37,837 bases of DNA from a virus (Duplodnaviria > Caudoviricetes). The stretch covers positions 1 through 37,837 of IMG/VR virus record IMGVR_UViG_3300011409_000010; one strand, 5' to 3'. Of this stretch, positions 34,505 to 37,837 are shown piece by piece (position 1 is the stretch's first letter; every line of letters begins with the position of its first letter). The notes under the pieces were generated by a model. That model was not told where the DNA came from, made no database searches, and saw only the letters and a program-made list of their open reading frames with translations. Both the position numbers and the translations under genes were made by a program.

Positions 34505-35642
34505 TGCCGGGCGTAGGGCCGGAAAAACGACACTCGCGGCTCGCGTTTCGGTGAAGAAGATGCTCGAGGGCAGGCGCGTGCTTCTCGCATCAACCACGCA
34601 GGATCAGGCCGATGCGTTCTGGGACAAAGTGAAGGCGTGGCTTTATGAAGTCACGGAGTTTGGTGTGATCGAAAAGAACGAACAACGCAGGATCATGCTG
34701 ATGCCCAACAATGGCGGGCGGATCAAGGTGAAGACTGCGAGCGATGCCGATACGCTGCGCGGCGATCATGCAGACTTCCTCGTGCTCGATGAGTGCGCGT
34801 ACCTGGCACCTGATGCGTGGGGCAAGGTGGGTGCGCCGATGCTTCTCGACAACAACGGCGATGCGTGGTTCATCTCGACACCGCGCAGACGCAACTGGTT
34901 TCACGATCTCTATCAGAAAGCAAAGAGCGATGAGACTGGGCGATGGCAGGCGTGGCATTTCACCTCCCTTGATAATCCGCACTTGTCGAGAGAGGCGCTT
35001 GATGAGATTGCGGGCGACCTGACAGATGAGGCATACCGCGAAGAGATACTTGCAGAGTTCCTTGAGGGTGAGGGGAGCGTGTTTCGAAACATTGCCGCCA
35101 ACCTGACTGCGCTGCCAGGTGCGAGCCCTGCCGATCATTGCGGTCATCGCCTCGTGATGGGAGTCGATTGGGCCATGAAATCTGACTACACAGTTCTGTG
35201 CGTTTTATGCACAGAGTGTAAGTTGGAGGTGGCGCTTGATCGCTTCAACAAGATTCAGTGGTCATTTCAGCGTGCGCGCCTTGATGCGCTTGCCAGGCGC
35301 TGGGGTGTGCAGCATATCGAAGCGGAAGAGAACTCGATTGGCTCACCCAATATCGAAGCATTGCAGCGTGAGGGATTGCCGGTCATTCCCTTCACGACTA
35401 CGGCTGCATCGAAACCGCCATTGATCCAGTCATTGATGCTTGCATTTGAGCGCAGTGAGTGCAGGTGGCTTGATGTGCCGGCGGCAACGGCAGAGTTGCA
35501 CGCATTTGAGTCGAAGGTGGCAGCGAATACGCAGCGCGTGAGCTATGCGGCACCAGAAGGCTTGCATGATGACACGGTCATTGCGCGTGCGCTTGCATGG
35601 CGTGCGGTTGTGGGTGTGCGGAACTGGGTGGTGTCAGGATGA
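34407..35642 (+). CDS. terL: Terminase large subunit
   Basis: Walker A AGRRAGKT, LRG, Walker B LVLDE, ISTP, nuclease MGVDWA...D and HDDTVIA. Confidence 0.95.
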   Translation: MIATAKELTIHLPSMHLKQAAIAKTKAKRVVINAGRRAGKTTLAARVSVKKMLEGRRVLLASTTQDQADAFWDKVKAWLYEVTEFGVIEKNEQRRIMLMPNNGGRIKVKTASDADTLRGDHADFLVLDECAYLAPDAWGKVGAPMLLDNNGDAWFISTPRRRNWFHDLYQKAKSDETGRWQAWHFTSLDNPHLSREALDEIAGDLTDEAYREEILAEFLEGEGSVFRNIAANLTALPGASPADHCGHRLVMGVDWAMKSDYTVLCVLCTECKLEVALDRFNKIQWSFQRARLDALARRWGVQHIEAEENSIGSPNIEALQREGLPVIPFTTTAASKPPLIQSLMLAFERSECRWLDVPAATAELHAFESKVAANTQRVSYAAPEGLHDDTVIARALAWRAVVGVRNWVVSG

Positions 35643-36295
35643 AACCGTATTTCGAAGATGAGTCAGTGACGATTTATCACGGCGATTGCAGAGAATTGCT
35701 AGGTGAGATGCCGCGTGTTGATCTGGTGCTGACTGATCCGCCTTATGGCATTAGTATATCTAACCGACCATCCCATCTGCGCCACTTGTTTAAATGGGAT
35801 GCACTGATAGAGCAAGCATTATTTAATCAGTTAATTACCTTTGCACCCAAAGCTATTATGTGGGGTGGAAACTACTATCACACTCCACCATCAGCCTGCT
35901 GGCTGGTATGGGATAAAGACAATACTGGTGATTTTGCAGACTGCGAATTAGCGTTCACGACTTTGCGCGGTGCGGCGCGTCTGCTTCACTATCGCTGGAA
36001 TGGATGCCTGCAAGAACCGCATGTGCCGCGTCAGGTACGCCAACACCTCACAGAGAAGCCTATACCACTGATGCGTTGGTGCGTTGGTCTCGCAAAAGAT
36101 GTGCAGACGATGATTGATCCGTTTATGGGCGGCGGTACTTCACTTCGTGCCGCGAAGGATTGCGGAATCAAGGCAATCGGAATCGAGATCGAGGAGCGGT
36201 ACTGCGAGATTGCCGCACGGCGGATGGCGCAACAGGTACTGGAGTTTGAACCGCAACCGCAACCAGTACCACAGCAGATGAGCATGACCGGATGA
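35639..36295 (+). CDS. Orphan beta-class DNA methyltransferase 2
   Basis: LTDPPYG...WDK...HLTEKP...DPFMGGGTS; termini closely match MTase 1. Confidence 0.92.
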   Translation: MKPYFEDESVTIYHGDCRELLGEMPRVDLVLTDPPYGISISNRPSHLRHLFKWDALIEQALFNQLITFAPKAIMWGGNYYHTPPSACWLVWDKDNTGDFADCELAFTTLRGAARLLHYRWNGCLQEPHVPRQVRQHLTEKPIPLMRWCVGLAKDVQTMIDPFMGGGTSLRAAKDCGIKAIGIEIEERYCEIAARRMAQQVLEFEPQPQPVPQQMSMTG

Positions 36296-36618
36296 GTAAA
36301 CCAACGATTGATGAAATGCTGTATTGGGTGGATCGTTTCGAGATTAATGCGAAAGAACGCGGTCTTGCTGTCGACGATTACGATCTCGCTAATGTCGAAG
36401 CCATCCGAGCCATTCTCGAACAGCACCGGAAGCCATTCGCTGAACCCACGATGAAAGAGGCAATGGGGCATATGAAAGCCATCAAACTCGAAGCTGTACG
36501 CGATTTCGTGCAGCGGGTCGAGAAGCGCATAGAGCACGAACAGCCCTATCAGGAAGTGGACTACAGCAGGAACGCAATGCATGCAGAACTCGCCGCGATG
36601 GAAATAGATGGCCAATAA
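36292..36618 (+). CDS. MSEPTIDEM-family framework/variable small protein, copy B
   Basis: Four conserved blocks; ATGA overlap with MTase 2; 3' end overlaps portal start. Confidence 0.88.
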   Translation: MSKPTIDEMLYWVDRFEINAKERGLAVDDYDLANVEAIRAILEQHRKPFAEPTMKEAMGHMKAIKLEAVRDFVQRVEKRIEHEQPYQEVDYSRNAMHAELAAMEIDGQ

Positions 36619-37837
36619 GGAAACATCCCTAATTCGCCGTAGCATCCAGGCACTCGCCAGCCTGAAGGACGCCATGCGCTTTCCAAGTCAGGGCGGCACT
36701 GCTGGCAGTTCCGGGATTGTGTGGAACGTGCTCAGTGATGCGTGGAACGGCTACGGCTACAGCGGCAAGAATATCGACTACACAGCAGAAGCGGGCAGCA
36801 TAGGCGGTGCATCGCTCGTAATGGCGGCAGTTAACTGGCTCGGTCGTGTGCTCCCTGAAGCACCACTGAATGTAGTTGAACTCGACGAAGATGGGATGGA
36901 GCAGGTCATTCCAGGCCATCCGGCAGCCAAGCTCCTGCGCAGACCCAATCTCTACTACTCAGGCACAACACTGCTCAAGGCATTCGCATACTCGTGGATC
37001 GTGAGCGGCAATCCGTATGTGCTCAAGGTGCGGAATGGCGGCAGTCGCGTGACTGAACTCTGGTATGTGCCACCGCATATGATGCGTCCATTGTGGCCGC
37101 AGAGCGGGAGCGAGTTCATCACAGGCTACGAGTACAAGGTAGACGGCGCCACGCAGACCTTCGAACAGGAAGACGTGATCCACTTCCGGGATGGTATCGA
37201 CCCGATGAACACGCGCATGGGGCTCAGCCCGGTAGCAAGCGTGATGCGCGAAGTGTACACAGACAATGAGATTGCCAATTACAGCGCACTGCTGATGAAG
37301 AATGGCGCAGTGCCGCCTGTGGTGATCAGCCTCAAAGAGAACGTGAACGCATATCAGTTTGATCCAAATGATGTGCGTGAGAAGTACCTGCGGCAGACGC
37401 AAGGTGATCAGAGAGGGAAAGCGTGGGTGAGCGGGGCAGCTGTGAATGTCGAGAAGGTGGGCTTCAGCCCGAATGATCTCAACCTGGCACAGCTTCGCCG
37501 GCTCCCGGAAGAGCGCCTCTCGGCAGTCATTGGCATACCAGCGATTGTGCTGGGATACGGGGCGGGACTCGACAAAGCGACTTACTCTAATGCCCGTCAA
37601 CTGGTAGAATACGCAACGGAGTCTTATCTCGTCCCACTGTACCGCTACATCGAGGAAGAACTCACGACGCAGTTCCTTGGTGACTTTGAGGATGATACTG
37701 AGCGCCACCAATTCAGGTTTGATCTGACTGCGATACGAGCACTGAGTGAGGATCAGGATGCGCTCTATGCGCGGCTCTCGGTGGGTTATAAAAGCGGCTG
37801 GCTGAAGCGCAGTGAAGTGCGTGAGCTGGCAGGCTAC
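36608..37837 (+). CDS. HK97-family portal protein, N-terminal 410 codons (about 490 aa when circularised)
   Basis: HPAAKLLRRPN, SGNPY, ELWYVPP, DVIHFRD, GLSPV, NGAVPP, GIPAIVLG, TYSNA; open to window end. Confidence 0.95.
   Translation, partial: MANKETSLIRRSIQALASLKDAMRFPSQGGTAGSSGIVWNVLSDAWNGYGYSGKNIDYTAEAGSIGGASLVMAAVNWLGRVLPEAPLNVVELDEDGMEQVIPGHPAAKLLRRPNLYYSGTTLLKAFAYSWIVSGNPYVLKVRNGGSRVTELWYVPPHMMRPLWPQSGSEFITGYEYKVDGATQTFEQEDVIHFRDGIDPMNTRMGLSPVASVMREVYTDNEIANYSALLMKNGAVPPVVISLKENVNAYQFDPNDVREKYLRQTQGDQRGKAWVSGAAVNVEKVGFSPNDLNLAQLRRLPEERLSAVIGIPAIVLGYGAGLDKATYSNARQLVEYATESYLVPLYRYIEEELTTQFLGDFEDDTERHQFRFDLTAIRALSEDQDALYARLSVGYKSGWLKRSEVRELAGY
37606..37837 (+). repeat. Right copy of 232-bp imperfect terminal overlap
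   Basis: Matches 1-232 with 16 substitutions. Confidence 0.97.

Larger units (their letters stand above)
1..37837. mobile_element. Near-complete temperate tailed phage genome, circularly permuted (excised/free form)
   Basis: Head, tail, packaging, lysis, replication and integrase modules present; portal ORF runs off the right end and resumes at the left end; attP-like region is internal and uninterrupted; no host genes recognised. Confidence 0.95.

Noticed and set aside
36959-37711. Long antisense ORFs (also 8050-8856, 2225-2815, 22265-22873, 36031-36675)
   Set aside because: Shadow frames opposite well-supported genes in GC-rich DNA; no motifs or RBS recognised.

Overview
The window is an essentially complete (~37.6 kb unique), circularly permuted genome of a temperate, siphovirus-like dsDNA phage. 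It opens inside the portal gene, and 232 bp recur at both ends. Gene order: HK97-type head genes, neck, tail tube, a frameshifted tail chaperone, tape measure, a GTA-like tail tip (DUF2460, DUF2163/BR0599, NlpC/P60, large tip protein), tail fibre, an intact attP-like region and tyrosine integrase, a divergent switch region, early/recombination genes, replication initiator, holin/endolysin, a second block of fibre/spike-like genes, terminase, a DNA methyltransferase and portal. The host cannot be assigned from sequence alone. Most unusual observations: (1) three dispersed paralogous small genes with four conserved framework blocks (exact DNA matches up to 27 nt) around three unalignable variable segments, each overlapping its neighbours at a module junction; (2) a putative lysis/lysogeny switch built from ribbon-helix-helix proteins and CTAG-centred operators instead of HTH cI/Cro; (3) a chromosomal-type parS palindrome inside attP with no recognisable parB; (4) two methyltransferases with shared termini and unrelated middles; (5) end copies differing by 16 substitutions, all synonymous. 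Family assignments come from motif recognition by eye, not database searches.
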